Source: Hyphomicrobium sp.
Lineage (GTDB): Bacteria; Pseudomonadota; Alphaproteobacteria; Rhizobiales; Hyphomicrobiaceae
DNA: 64,000 nucleotides
Assembly (NCBI GenBank): GCA_030148725.1
Contig: JASBSU010000003.1
Coordinates: 31,553 to 95,552, forward strand
Direction: 5' to 3'
Part shown: piece by piece, positions 1 to 8,472 of the stretch
Numbering within the stretch: the stretch's first letter is position 1
Layout: each line of letters starts with the position of its first letter
Notes under the pieces: generated by a model
What the model was told of the DNA's origin: nothing
The model's input: the letters and a program-made list of their open reading frames with translations, nothing else
The model's database searches: none
Position numbers and translations under genes: made by a program

Positions 1-2
1 CG

Positions 3-251
3 GTTCTCTCCGGCGGTGAGAAGCAGCGCGCCGCCATCGCGCGCGCCGTCATCGGGAAACCCGAGCTGCTGCTCGCCGACGAGCCGACCGGTAACGTCGA
101 CCCGCAGATGGCCCGCCGCCTGCTGCGTCTCTTCATCGAGCTGAACCGGCTCGGCACCTCGGTGCTGATTGCCACCCACGACCATCAACTCATGCGGCAG
201 TTCAAGGCGCCGCGTCTGGAGCTGCACGACGGTCATGTCCGGATCGTATGA
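3..251 (+). CDS. ftsE: Cell division ATP-binding protein FtsE, C-terminal part (truncated by window start)
   Basis: Frame from nt 3 reads [33 protein letters not shown] (ABC signature, Walker B, H-loop); TGA at 249-251; lies directly upstream of ftsX. Confidence 0.92.
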   Translation, partial: VLSGGEKQRAAIARAVIGKPELLLADEPTGNVDPQMARRLLRLFIELNRLGTSVLIATHDHQLMRQFKAPRLELHDGHVRIV

Positions 252-1338
252 CAGACCGACGGGGCGTCGGGATCAGTCCTCGCAAGGGACGAGCAACTTC
301 GATCTATACGACACCGTGTTGACCGGACCGGCGGGCCCGAGCGACCGCTATGCGTATGAAAGCACGCAGACCGGCGCGCTTGACGATACGCCGGCGCGGA
401 AGTTCGCACCCTCGCGTGGCCGCAAGCCGAAGGCCGAGCCGACCAACACGCCGGTCGTCCCGCCCGACAGCGTCACCGGCCGCTCGCTGACCCTCGTCAT
501 CTCGATCATGTGCTTTCTCGCCTGTCTCACCGCCGGCGCCGTCTACATGATCAACGAATCCGCCAGTGCCTGGCTGAAGGACATCGCCAGCGAAGTGACG
601 GCCCAGGTCGAGCCGCGCGACGGCATCAACATCGAAAAGACCGTCGCCGACGTGGAAACCTTCCTGCGCGGCACCAAGGGCGTCACGCGGGCCAACGCCC
701 TCAGTCTCGACACGTCCGCCAAGCTGCTCGAGCCCTGGCTCGGCCAGTCCGACGTGCTCGCGGCGCTCCCGGTACCACGTCTCATCGCCGTCGAGGTCGA
801 CCGCAACGACCCTCCCGATATCGACGAGCTACGCACTGAGCTGACCAAGAAATTCCCTTCCGCCTCGCTCGACGACCACCGCCGCTGGCAGCGCCAGATC
901 CGCACCGTGACACGCTCGTTTGCGCTCGGCGGAACTGGTATTCTCCTGTTGGTCTGCGCGGCGACGACAGCGATCATCGTCTCTGCCACGCGCGCCGCCC
1001 TCGCCTCCAACCGCGAGATCGTCGAGGTCCTGCATTTCGTGGGCGCGACCGACCGCTATATCGCCCGCGAGTTCGAGCGCCACTTCCTGCGCCTCGGCAT
1101 CCGGGCCGGCATCGTTGGGGCCCTATCCGCCATGACGGTCTTTCTCGCCATGCCGACCGTCATGCAAATGCTTGGCGGCGGTCCAACGGCAACCGCCGAG
1201 ATGCACCGCCTGATCGGCACCGGCGGCCTCGACGCCTTCGGCTATGCGCTCCTCGGTATGGTCGTCGTCACGATATCGGGCCTGTGCATGCTGACCTCCC
1301 GTTTCGGCGTGTTCCGCATCCTGAACTCCAAAGCCTGA
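235..1338 (+). CDS. ftsX: Cell division permease FtsX
   Basis: Multi-TM FtsX layout with [17 protein letters not shown] motif; follows ftsE; ATG at 235 preferred over the ORF-track start at 169. Confidence 0.9.
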   Translation: MSGSYDRPTGRRDQSSQGTSNFDLYDTVLTGPAGPSDRYAYESTQTGALDDTPARKFAPSRGRKPKAEPTNTPVVPPDSVTGRSLTLVISIMCFLACLTAGAVYMINESASAWLKDIASEVTAQVEPRDGINIEKTVADVETFLRGTKGVTRANALSLDTSAKLLEPWLGQSDVLAALPVPRLIAVEVDRNDPPDIDELRTELTKKFPSASLDDHRRWQRQIRTVTRSFALGGTGILLLVCAATTAIIVSATRAALASNREIVEVLHFVGATDRYIAREFERHFLRLGIRAGIVGALSAMTVFLAMPTVMQMLGGGPTATAEMHRLIGTGGLDAFGYALLGMVVVTISGLCMLTSRFGVFRILNSKA

Positions 1339-1647
1339 CCCTCGGTCCCCGTCGCAGCTCGGGCGCCTTTTGGGGTACCTCCGAGCGACGAAGAGCCTGT
1401 CGCATCTGGCTTCAAATCGGCTAGGGTGCTGGCCGGATAGTCCGCCACGTTCGTTGCGGCCGGGTCGAGAAGCGGACTTCGCGATCTGAATTGCGCTGGC
1501 ACCTCTGTCGCCCTGGCGTCCTTCAGACCACGAAACCGTTCGATAACCGCCGCAAAAGGTGACGATTTTCGCGGTCGAAAGAAGCGTGCGCCTGTGACAC
1601 CGTTTGGTGGCTGGGCGACTGGGGACATGCTGGGCGGCAGCCTTGAA

Positions 1648-2307
1648 ATGAGCAGCTTGCGGCGAGCGATGATACTCGGGGCAGGAGCCGTGACGGCGCT
1701 CCTCGTCCTGGGATTCTTCTTGTTCGCCAGCATCGTTACCCGCGAGCCCGCCGATGCCAATCCGCACGCAGACGGGATCGTCGTGCTGACCGGAGAGGGC
1801 CGACGCATCGCTGAGGGCGCGCGCCTGCTCGATGAAGGTCGCGCCCAGCGCATGCTGATTTCGGGCGTCTTTCACAAAACCGGTAAAAAGGAGCTGATCG
1901 AGATCTCCGGGCTCCCTGCCGATAAATTCGACTGCTGCGTCGACATCGGCTATGCGGCACTGGATACGGTTGGGAACGCCAGCGAGACGCGCAACTGGGC
2001 GCAGTCCCGAGGTTATGACAGCCTCATCGTGGTCACGGCGAGCTATCACATGCCGCGCAGCCTCGCCGAGTTGTCACTGGCCATGCCGGCCACGGCGCTG
2101 ATCCCTCATCCGGTCGTTCCGACCAATTTCGCCCCCAGTCGCTGGTGGCTGAACCCATCTGTGACCCGCACGCTGGTGTCGGAATATTTCAAGTTCCTGC
2201 CGACCGTGGCGCACTTGGCCATCACCCGGCTGCTGCATGCGCGACCGCAGAGTTCGGTTGCTGAGGCACCCGATGAAAGCCGGTCGCCCATGCCGAAAAT
2301 CTTCTGA
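1648..2307 (+). CDS. YdcF/DUF218 family envelope protein
   Basis: N-terminal TM, GIVVLTG, LISG, LIVVTASYHMPRS and SEYFK motifs typical of DUF218; start approximate. Confidence 0.85.
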   Translation: MSSLRRAMILGAGAVTALLVLGFFLFASIVTREPADANPHADGIVVLTGEGRRIAEGARLLDEGRAQRMLISGVFHKTGKKELIEISGLPADKFDCCVDIGYAALDTVGNASETRNWAQSRGYDSLIVVTASYHMPRSLAELSLAMPATALIPHPVVPTNFAPSRWWLNPSVTRTLVSEYFKFLPTVAHLAITRLLHARPQSSVAEAPDESRSPMPKIF

Positions 2308-2316
2308 GTTCCGCCC

Positions 2317-3096
2317 GTGCTGCTGCTGCGCTCGCTCATATTCGCGCTGGTCTTCTACCTTAGCACCGCCATCTTCGTGGTAGGCGGCTCCTTCCTGCTA
2401 TTTGGCCCTCGCCGCTGGGCCATGGCCGGCCTCAAGGCCCACGCCATCGTTTCGCTTTGGCTGCTGCGCTGGATCGTCGGCACCCGCATGGAGGTTCGCG
2501 GCCGGGAGAAGCTCCCCCTGCCGCCCTACCTCGTCGCTTCGAAGCACCAGTCGGCCTGGGACACCTTCGCCCTGATCCCCATTTTCTCCGACCCGGCGAT
2601 GGTCATGAAATGGGAGCTGTCTCTGATCCCCTTCTACGGCTGGTTCTCGCGCAAGTTCGAGCACGTGTTCGTGCGCCGCGACCGTGGCCCCAGCGCCTTG
2701 CGCGATCTCATTCGCGACGCCAAGGACCGCGCTGCCGCCGGGCGCGAGGTTGTTATCTTCCCCGAGGGCACGCGCAAATCGCCGGGCGCCGAGCCGGACT
2801 ACAAATCGGGCGCCGTGGCGCTCTATGAAGGGCTCGGGCTTCCCTGCGTACCCGTGGCGCTGAACTCAGGGCTCTATTGGCCGCGCCGCAAGCTGCTGCG
2901 CTATCCGGGCACCATCATCGTCGAGATCCTCGACCCTCTGCCGCCCGGCCTGCCGCGCCGCGAATTCAAGCACCTGCTTCAAGATCGCATTGAGACCGCG
3001 GCGGCCCGCCTGATCCTGGAAGCGGAGCAGGCACCGAACCCGCCGCCGATCGCGCCCGAAGCGCTCGCGCGGGCCCAAGACGCCGCGTCGCGCTGA
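2317..3096 (+). CDS. plsC: 1-acyl-sn-glycerol-3-phosphate acyltransferase
   Basis: KHQSAWD (HX4D) and IFPEGTR acyltransferase motifs. Confidence 0.88.
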   Translation: MLLLRSLIFALVFYLSTAIFVVGGSFLLFGPRRWAMAGLKAHAIVSLWLLRWIVGTRMEVRGREKLPLPPYLVASKHQSAWDTFALIPIFSDPAMVMKWELSLIPFYGWFSRKFEHVFVRRDRGPSALRDLIRDAKDRAAAGREVVIFPEGTRKSPGAEPDYKSGAVALYEGLGLPCVPVALNSGLYWPRRKLLRYPGTIIVEILDPLPPGLPRREFKHLLQDRIETAAARLILEAEQAPNPPPIAPEALARAQDAASR

Positions 3097-3227
3097 CAGA
3101 CCTGTCAGTGCTCACATCTGGCTTCAGAAGAGATGATTTAGTGCATTGGATTTTAACGGATTAATTAATTTAAACAGTTGCCTGTTCTTTTCGATAAAAA
3201 TCTAGGAAACGAACATCGCCAAAACGT

Positions 3228-3253
3228 AAAAGCGCCGCCCTGACGGGCGGCGC
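3228..3253 (-). terminator. Intrinsic terminator for the minus-strand small gene
   Basis: Perfect 9-bp stem GCGCCGCCC-tgac-GGGCGGCGC (3232-3253); read on the minus strand it is followed by TTTT. Confidence 0.75.
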
Positions 3254-3311
3254 ATTCACTTCCTGCACCGCAATAATTTCGAGATGCAGAAAACTGAACC
3301 TAATTCGACAA

Positions 3312-3461
3312 CTACTTTTTCTTCGCCGGAGCCTTAGCCTTTGCGGCAGCCGCCTTGGGCTTGGCACGCTCCACGACGGCCGTCTTCGCCTTGGCGGAGG
3401 CAGGAGCAACGAACTTACCTGTAGAGGCCTTTGCGGCGCTCTTGGTGGAAGCTTTGGCCAT
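3312..3461 (-). CDS. 49-aa Lys/Ala-rich histone-tail-like small protein
   Basis: MAKASTKSAAKASTGKFVAPASAKAKTAVVERAKPKAAAAKAKAPAKKK; GAGG 6 nt upstream of ATG; AAG/GCC/GCT codons; terminator about 60 nt downstream. Confidence 0.72.
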   Translation of the reverse strand: MAKASTKSAAKASTGKFVAPASAKAKTAVVERAKPKAAAAKAKAPAKKK

Positions 3462-3657
3462 GTCGAACCTCATCGATCTGGATTTCGAACGCAAGCGTCG
3501 CAACCACTCGAAAACGCACGAACAGCACGAACCTGAGATGTGGTGCTGCGAGTGCGGCTGTATCACATTCTATCAATGGTCCACCGGCGCCATTCAGTGC
3601 GCAGCGTGCAAAGTTGTGCAGAACGGCTTCGAGTTGCCTTCGCTGCCATCGACATGA
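3460..3657 (+). CDS. 65-aa zinc-ribbon-like small protein
   Basis: MSNLIDLDFERKRR...WCCECGCITFY...IQCAACK; two Cys knuckles; mostly G/C third positions; GGTGGAAG upstream as a weak RBS. Confidence 0.6.
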   Translation: MSNLIDLDFERKRRNHSKTHEQHEPEMWCCECGCITFYQWSTGAIQCAACKVVQNGFELPSLPST

Positions 3658-3693
3658 CATGCGCGTTCTGACAGTACGGGCCCTCCTCGGACA

Positions 3694-3720
3694 GAACATA
3701 AAAGGAATATAGAGAGAACA
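3694..3720. promoter_or_regulatory. Tandem alphaproteobacterial LexA (SOS)-like boxes
   Basis: GAACAtaaaagGAATAtagagaGAACA: three half-sites at 11-bp spacing, matching GAAC-N7-GAAC with one mismatch per box. Confidence 0.6.
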
Positions 3721-3725
3721 TTTGG

Positions 3726-3754
3726 TTGACAGGCGGGCGCGACAACCCCATATT
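3726..3754 (+). promoter_or_regulatory. sigma70 promoter of nrdJ
   Basis: TTGACA (3726-3731), 17-nt spacer, CATATT (3749-3754); ATG follows at 3781. Confidence 0.7.
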
Positions 3755-3758
3755 GAGG
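3743..3758 (+). promoter_or_regulatory. Putative NrdR box overlapping the -10 element
   Basis: caaCcccATaTtGagg partially matches acaCwAtATaTwGtgt; located where NrdR boxes usually sit at nrd promoters. Confidence 0.45.
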
Positions 3759-3780
3759 GGCCTAGTGCAGGATAGTGCCC

Positions 3781-6156
3781 ATGCCCGGAGCGTCACCCCC
3801 AGACGAGTTCGATGCCCCCATCTCCCGCCAGATATGGGACCTGAAGTATCGCCTTCGGAGCCCTGACGGCGCAGCAATTGATTCGACGCTCGACGACACC
3901 TTCTGGCGCATCGCCCACGCCGCTGCCGCCAACGAGAAAGGCGGCAAGCGGGCAAAGGATCGTTGGGCCACCCGCTTCCATGACGCCATGTCCGATCTCG
4001 GCTTCCTTCCCGCAGGCCGCATCTTGGCTGGCGCCGGGACGGGCCGCGCTGTCACCCTCTTCAACTGCTTCGTGCTCGGCAAGATCGAGGACGACCTCGG
4101 CGCCATCTTCGACGGCGTGAAGGATGCCGCTCTGACCATGCAGCAGGGTGGCGGCATCGGTCATGACTTCTCGACCTTGCGCCCCAAAGGCGCCCGCGTT
4201 GCCTCGATCGGCGCCGACGCGTCTGGCCCGGTCAGCTTCATGAATGTCTGGGACGCGATGTGCCGGACCATCATGTCGGCAGGCAGCCGCCGCGGCGCCA
4301 TGATGGGCGTTCTGCGTTGCGACCACCCGGACATCGACGAGTTCATCGCCGCCAAGGCCGACGCGACCCAGCTGCGCAATTTCAATCTGTCGGTGCTCGT
4401 CACGGACGATTTCCTGGCCGCGGTGCGCGAGGACCGGCCGTGGGACCTCAAGTTCGGCGGCAAGGTCTACCGCACGCTCCCCGCCCGCGCGCTGTGGGAG
4501 CGCATCATGCGCGCGACGTACGATTACGCCGAGCCCGGCGTCGTCTTCATCGACCGCATCAACGCACGTAACAACCTGCGTTACTGCGAAGAGATCCACG
4601 CGACCAACCCGTGCGGCGAGCAGCCGTTGCCGCCCTTCGGGGCGTGTCTGCTCGGGTCGATCAACCTCGCAAGCCTGGTCGAGCACCCATTCACGAACAG
4701 CGCGCATATCGACGTTGAAAAGCTCAAGGAGCGCGTGAAGGTCGCCGTGCGCTTCCTCGACAACATCATCGACATCTCGAACTATCCGCTGCCCGCCCAG
4801 CGGCAGGAGGCGTTGAGCAAGCGTCGCATCGGCCTCGGGATCACCGGCCTCGCCGACGCTCTGATCTTTTCCGGCCTCCGCTACGGAACGCCCGAGGCTG
4901 CAAAGCTTTCGGCGTCTTGGATGACTGTCATCCAGAACGCGGCCTACCTCGCCAGCGCCGAACTCGCTGCCGAGAAGGGCGCATTCCCGCTCTTCGACGC
5001 GGAACGCTTCCTCACCAGCCCCAACGTCGCGCGGCTCGACGCGGAGGTCCGCGCGGCGATTGCCGAGCACGGCATCCGCAACGGTTGCCTCACCTCCATC
5101 GCTCCGACCGGCACGATCTCGCTGCTGGCCGGCAATGTCGCCTCGGGCATCGAGCCGGTGTTCGACTATCGCTATTCACGTCGCCTGCTTGCCCGTGACG
5201 GGACCAATCACGAGGAAATCGTCGAGGATTATGCCCACGCCAAGTTCCGCCGCGCGTTCGGCGCGGCAGCGCCGCTTCCCGAAACGTTCGTGCGCGCCGG
5301 CGATCTGACGCCCGCCCAGCATCTGGCCATGCAGGCCGCGCTGCAGCCCTACGTGGACAGCGCCATCTCCAAGACCATCAACTGTCCCGAAGGGATTTCC
5401 TTCGAGGACTTCAACAATGTCTATCTCGAAGCACATGCGCTCGGCCTCAAAGGCTGCACCACGTATCGCCCGAACCCGGTCACGGGCGCGGTGCTGCAGT
5501 CCCTGGCGGAGCCCGCGCCCCCGCACGCAGGGGAAAAAGCAGCTGCAAAGCCCTCGCCCGCGGACCCGGTTCTTCCTGTTGCCGGACGCGATGGTGTCGT
5601 GTTCCTCGCCCCGCCGCTCGAGCGTGATGGGATCCTCGCCGGCTTCACCTACAAGCTCAAATGGCCCGGCAGCGACCACGCCATCTACGTCACCATCAAC
5701 GACATCGAGCAGGGCGGACGACGCCGTCCGTTCGAGATCTTCATCAACACCCGCAACCTGGAGCACTACGCCTGGACCGTCGCGCTGACGCGCATGATCA
5801 GCGCCGTCTTCCGTCGCGGCGGTGACGTCACCTTCGTCGCCGAGGAATTGAAAGCCGTGTTCGACCCGCAGGGCGGCCACTGGGTTGCCGGACGCTATGT
5901 GCCGAGCCTCCTCGCCGCCATCGGCGAGGTCATCGAGACGCACATGCGCCGCACCGGCTTCCTGCAGTCGGGCGAAGCACAGCTGGAACTCGCCGACGTG
6001 CAACAGCGGCAGCACGACGCAGCCGCACCCGGCGCCAGCGGACTCGCGCGCGCCGGTGTGAGACCGAAGCTTTGCCCCCGCTGCTCCTCCGCCGACTACG
6101 TGCAACGCGAAGGCTGCTGGTCCTGTAATGTCTGTGGATTTTCGCGCTGCGGGTGA
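3781..6156 (+). CDS. nrdJ: Adenosylcobalamin-dependent class II ribonucleotide reductase with C-terminal TSCPD and Zn-ribbon region
   Basis: PAGRIL, TLFNCFV, GGGIG, TNPCGEQPL (thiyl radical Cys), SIAPTGTISL, KGCTTYRP; terminal CPRC..CxxCGFSRCG. Confidence 0.95.
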   Translation: MPGASPPDEFDAPISRQIWDLKYRLRSPDGAAIDSTLDDTFWRIAHAAAANEKGGKRAKDRWATRFHDAMSDLGFLPAGRILAGAGTGRAVTLFNCFVLGKIEDDLGAIFDGVKDAALTMQQGGGIGHDFSTLRPKGARVASIGADASGPVSFMNVWDAMCRTIMSAGSRRGAMMGVLRCDHPDIDEFIAAKADATQLRNFNLSVLVTDDFLAAVREDRPWDLKFGGKVYRTLPARALWERIMRATYDYAEPGVVFIDRINARNNLRYCEEIHATNPCGEQPLPPFGACLLGSINLASLVEHPFTNSAHIDVEKLKERVKVAVRFLDNIIDISNYPLPAQRQEALSKRRIGLGITGLADALIFSGLRYGTPEAAKLSASWMTVIQNAAYLASAELAAEKGAFPLFDAERFLTSPNVARLDAEVRAAIAEHGIRNGCLTSIAPTGTISLLAGNVASGIEPVFDYRYSRRLLARDGTNHEEIVEDYAHAKFRRAFGAAAPLPETFVRAGDLTPAQHLAMQAALQPYVDSAISKTINCPEGISFEDFNNVYLEAHALGLKGCTTYRPNPVTGAVLQSLAEPAPPHAGEKAAAKPSPADPVLPVAGRDGVVFLAPPLERDGILAGFTYKLKWPGSDHAIYVTINDIEQGGRRRPFEIFINTRNLEHYAWTVALTRMISAVFRRGGDVTFVAEELKAVFDPQGGHWVAGRYVPSLLAAIGEVIETHMRRTGFLQSGEAQLELADVQQRQHDAAAPGASGLARAGVRPKLCPRCSSADYVQREGCWSCNVCGFSRCG

Positions 6157-6371
6157 GCTTTGCTCATGCTTTCTTCATCCCGGTTTCGAACCCGTTGCAG
6201 CCGCGCGACACGCCGCAACATCGCGTTCACTCTGCCGCAAAAACACTGAGATGGGGTCACAATTCAGCTCGAAACCAGGGGCAACGTTAAGCAATGGGGC
6301 ATAGGCTGGCAAAAAACGATAAAGGCGTCGAACAAAGCGTAGGCCGCAAGGCCGCGAAGGGATCTGCAGTA

Positions 6372-6803
6372 ATGGTCGCGCGTATCATCGAGCTCGCCGT
6401 GTATAGGGCGCAGCGCACCCTCGCTCAGGAAGAGATGGCCCAGCGCGCCGAGCGCGCCAGTGAGGCCACCCGCTTCCACTTCTGGACCGGCGCGTCTGGC
6501 GCGCGCTACGTCCACAGCGTCTATGACCTCGTCGAGTGTCCGGCGCTTCCGGCCGCCAACTACGTGTTCGTGCGTCGCAACGCCAACGGCCGCCCCGAGG
6601 CGCTGTCGATCGGCCGCGTGACGAGCAGCGTCCCCTCGCTCAACCTCGCCGAGATCCGCCATCGCGGAGCCGAGCTTGGCGCGACCGAGGTCCACGTGCA
6701 TCTGCTCGCCGACAACGCGAAGGTCGGCAAGCTGATCGAATTCGACCTGCGCACCGGCCAGGTCGAAGCCGACATGACACGCGCCGTCGGACGCGCCAAC
6801 TAA
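6372..6803 (+). CDS. Hypothetical protein, possibly degenerate GIY-YIG-like fold
   Basis: WTGASGARYVHSVY..PAANYVF..LSIG..GATEVHVH..IEFDL pattern; good codon bias; start could be 6294. Confidence 0.6.
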   Translation: MVARIIELAVYRAQRTLAQEEMAQRAERASEATRFHFWTGASGARYVHSVYDLVECPALPAANYVFVRRNANGRPEALSIGRVTSSVPSLNLAEIRHRGAELGATEVHVHLLADNAKVGKLIEFDLRTGQVEADMTRAVGRAN

Positions 6804-6826
6804 CGGCGCCTCCGCTCACCGCGGCT

Positions 6827-7513
6827 CTAATCCTTGGCAGTCAATATCTGGCGGTAAGCGAAGCGATGCGTATCGCTCGCGTTGAGCCGCGGCGCCACCG
6901 CCGGAACGCGGCCGAACACCCGCACCATCGCCGCCGCCGTTGCGCGCGTATGTCGGTCACCCGGCCCTCGTGCCGCAAACGTCCCAACCAACGTCTGCAG
7001 CCGCTCGAGCTCCCGCTCCCGGATGCCGAGCTGATGAAGGTGCGCCAGCGTCGACGCCAGATAGTCTATGTTGTTGCCGGACCGCCCGAGCCCGCCGCGT
7101 ACGAAGTGCGCCTGCTCAGCCAGCGATAGCTGGCCGGCGTAGCTCGGATGCGCGCGCTCGACCAGGAACGCCAGCGCAGTCACCTCTGCATGATCGCGCG
7201 ACATCAGCGTCACCGGCACCAGCGCCTCACGGTAGACGCTGCCTACCTGCTCGCGCTCGCGCAGATAGCGCAGCGTCTCGCGCGCATTTTCGGCCGCGAC
7301 GCGAAACACCAGCCCCTCGCACACACCCCCGCGATCGAGCCCCAGTACGAGCCCCGGGCGCCGTTTGGAACCGCGATGGTAGCGCGAGTAGATGCAGAAG
7401 CTGCGACGCCAGCCGACGAGCCGGGCATGATGCGTCTCCGCAGCTTCGAACCCCGGCCGCCACATCAGCGACCCGTAGGCGAAGACCCAGAGATCGCGCG
7501 TGCCCGTCATCAC
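6827..7513 (-). CDS. chaC: Gamma-glutamylcyclotransferase, ChaC family
   Basis: WVFAYGSLMWRPGF, HRG..RPGLVLGLDRGG, YLREREQ motifs. Confidence 0.9.
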   Translation of the reverse strand: MMTGTRDLWVFAYGSLMWRPGFEAAETHHARLVGWRRSFCIYSRYHRGSKRRPGLVLGLDRGGVCEGLVFRVAAENARETLRYLREREQVGSVYREALVPVTLMSRDHAEVTALAFLVERAHPSYAGQLSLAEQAHFVRGGLGRSGNNIDYLASTLAHLHQLGIRERELERLQTLVGTFAARGPGDRHTRATAAAMVRVFGRVPAVAPRLNASDTHRFAYRQILTAKD

Positions 7514-8472
7514 TATTTGCGTGCCTTTGGGTCGGCTTCTCTCTTTGCCGCCACCTGCGATGGACCGCGTCCGAAGTCGGGCGCAGCAGTATCCTGTCCC
7601 GCCGCCACGATGCCGCGCCGGATCGCTCGCGCCTCGGCGAAACGGCGATAGAGCACGTCGCCGTCACCGCTCTCGATGGCGGCTTTCAGCTCCTCGAGGT
7701 CGCGTGAGAAACGCCTCAGCATCTCCATCACGCCTTCCTTGTTGCCGAGGAAGATGTCGCGCCACATGGTCGGATCGGAGGCTGCGATACGCGTGAAATC
7801 GCGGAAGCCGCCCGCTGAGAACTTGATGACCTCCTTGTCGGTCACGCGTTCTAGGTGCTCCGCCGTGTTGACGATGTTGAAGGCGATGAGATGCGGCAGG
7901 TGACTGGTGATCGCGAGCACCATGTCGTGGTGCTGGGGATCCATCACCTCGACCTTGGCGCCGAGCGCCTCCCAGAAAGCACGCAGCTTCTCGACCGCCG
8001 CGCCATCGGTGTGCGCCTCCGGCGTCAGGATCGTCCAGCGGCCATCGAACAGTTCCGCAAATCCGGCTTCAGGACCGGATTGCTCGGTGCCGGCGATCGG
8101 ATGTCCCGGCACGAAATGCACGCCCTTTGGAATGTACGGAGCCATGTCGCGAACCACCTGCGCCTTTACGGATCCAACGTCCGTGACAATGGCACCGGGC
8201 TTGAGATGCGGTGCGATCTCCGCCGTGATGGGTCCACACGCGCCGACCGGCACGCTGAGGATGACGAGGTCTGCGCCGGCCACCGCCTCCGCCGCGTTGT
8301 CATAGCCCTTGCTGATCAAACCAAGATCAAGGGCCGTATCGACGGTCGCCTTGGTGCGCGCACTGCCGACGAGCTCTTTCGCCAGTCCCTTGCGGCGCGC
8401 CGCATGACTGATGGAGGAGCCGATCAGGCCGATACCGATCAGCGCCACGCGCTCGAACATCGGTTCCGTCAT
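7513..8472 (-). CDS. tyrA: Prephenate/arogenate (cyclohexadienyl) dehydrogenase
   Basis: GIGLIGSS Rossmann motif, [34 protein letters not shown]. Confidence 0.92.
   Translation of the reverse strand: MTEPMFERVALIGIGLIGSSISHAARRKGLAKELVGSARTKATVDTALDLGLISKGYDNAAEAVAGADLVILSVPVGACGPITAEIAPHLKPGAIVTDVGSVKAQVVRDMAPYIPKGVHFVPGHPIAGTEQSGPEAGFAELFDGRWTILTPEAHTDGAAVEKLRAFWEALGAKVEVMDPQHHDMVLAITSHLPHLIAFNIVNTAEHLERVTDKEVIKFSAGGFRDFTRIAASDPTMWRDIFLGNKEGVMEMLRRFSRDLEELKAAIESGDGDVLYRRFAEARAIRRGIVAAGQDTAAPDFGRGPSQVAAKREADPKARK

Noticed and set aside
1339-1647. 310-nt spacer with a hairpin between ftsX and the DUF218 gene as a riboswitch or sRNA
   Set aside because: No recognisable family motif; hairpins are expected at this GC content
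3151-3175. AT-rich TTAA cluster as a full CtrA site
   Set aside because: No pair of TTAA motifs has the required 7-nt spacer
3681-3688. Strong minus-strand Shine-Dalgarno (GAGGAGGG)
   Set aside because: Nearest ATG is 21 nt away, and the downstream frames give no convincing protein
3658-3780. Cobalamin riboswitch upstream of B12-dependent nrdJ
   Set aside because: No B12-box motifs, and the leader after the promoter is only about 20 nt
3793-5070. 425-aa ORF overlapping nrdJ
   Set aside because: Shadow ORF; nrdJ explains the region
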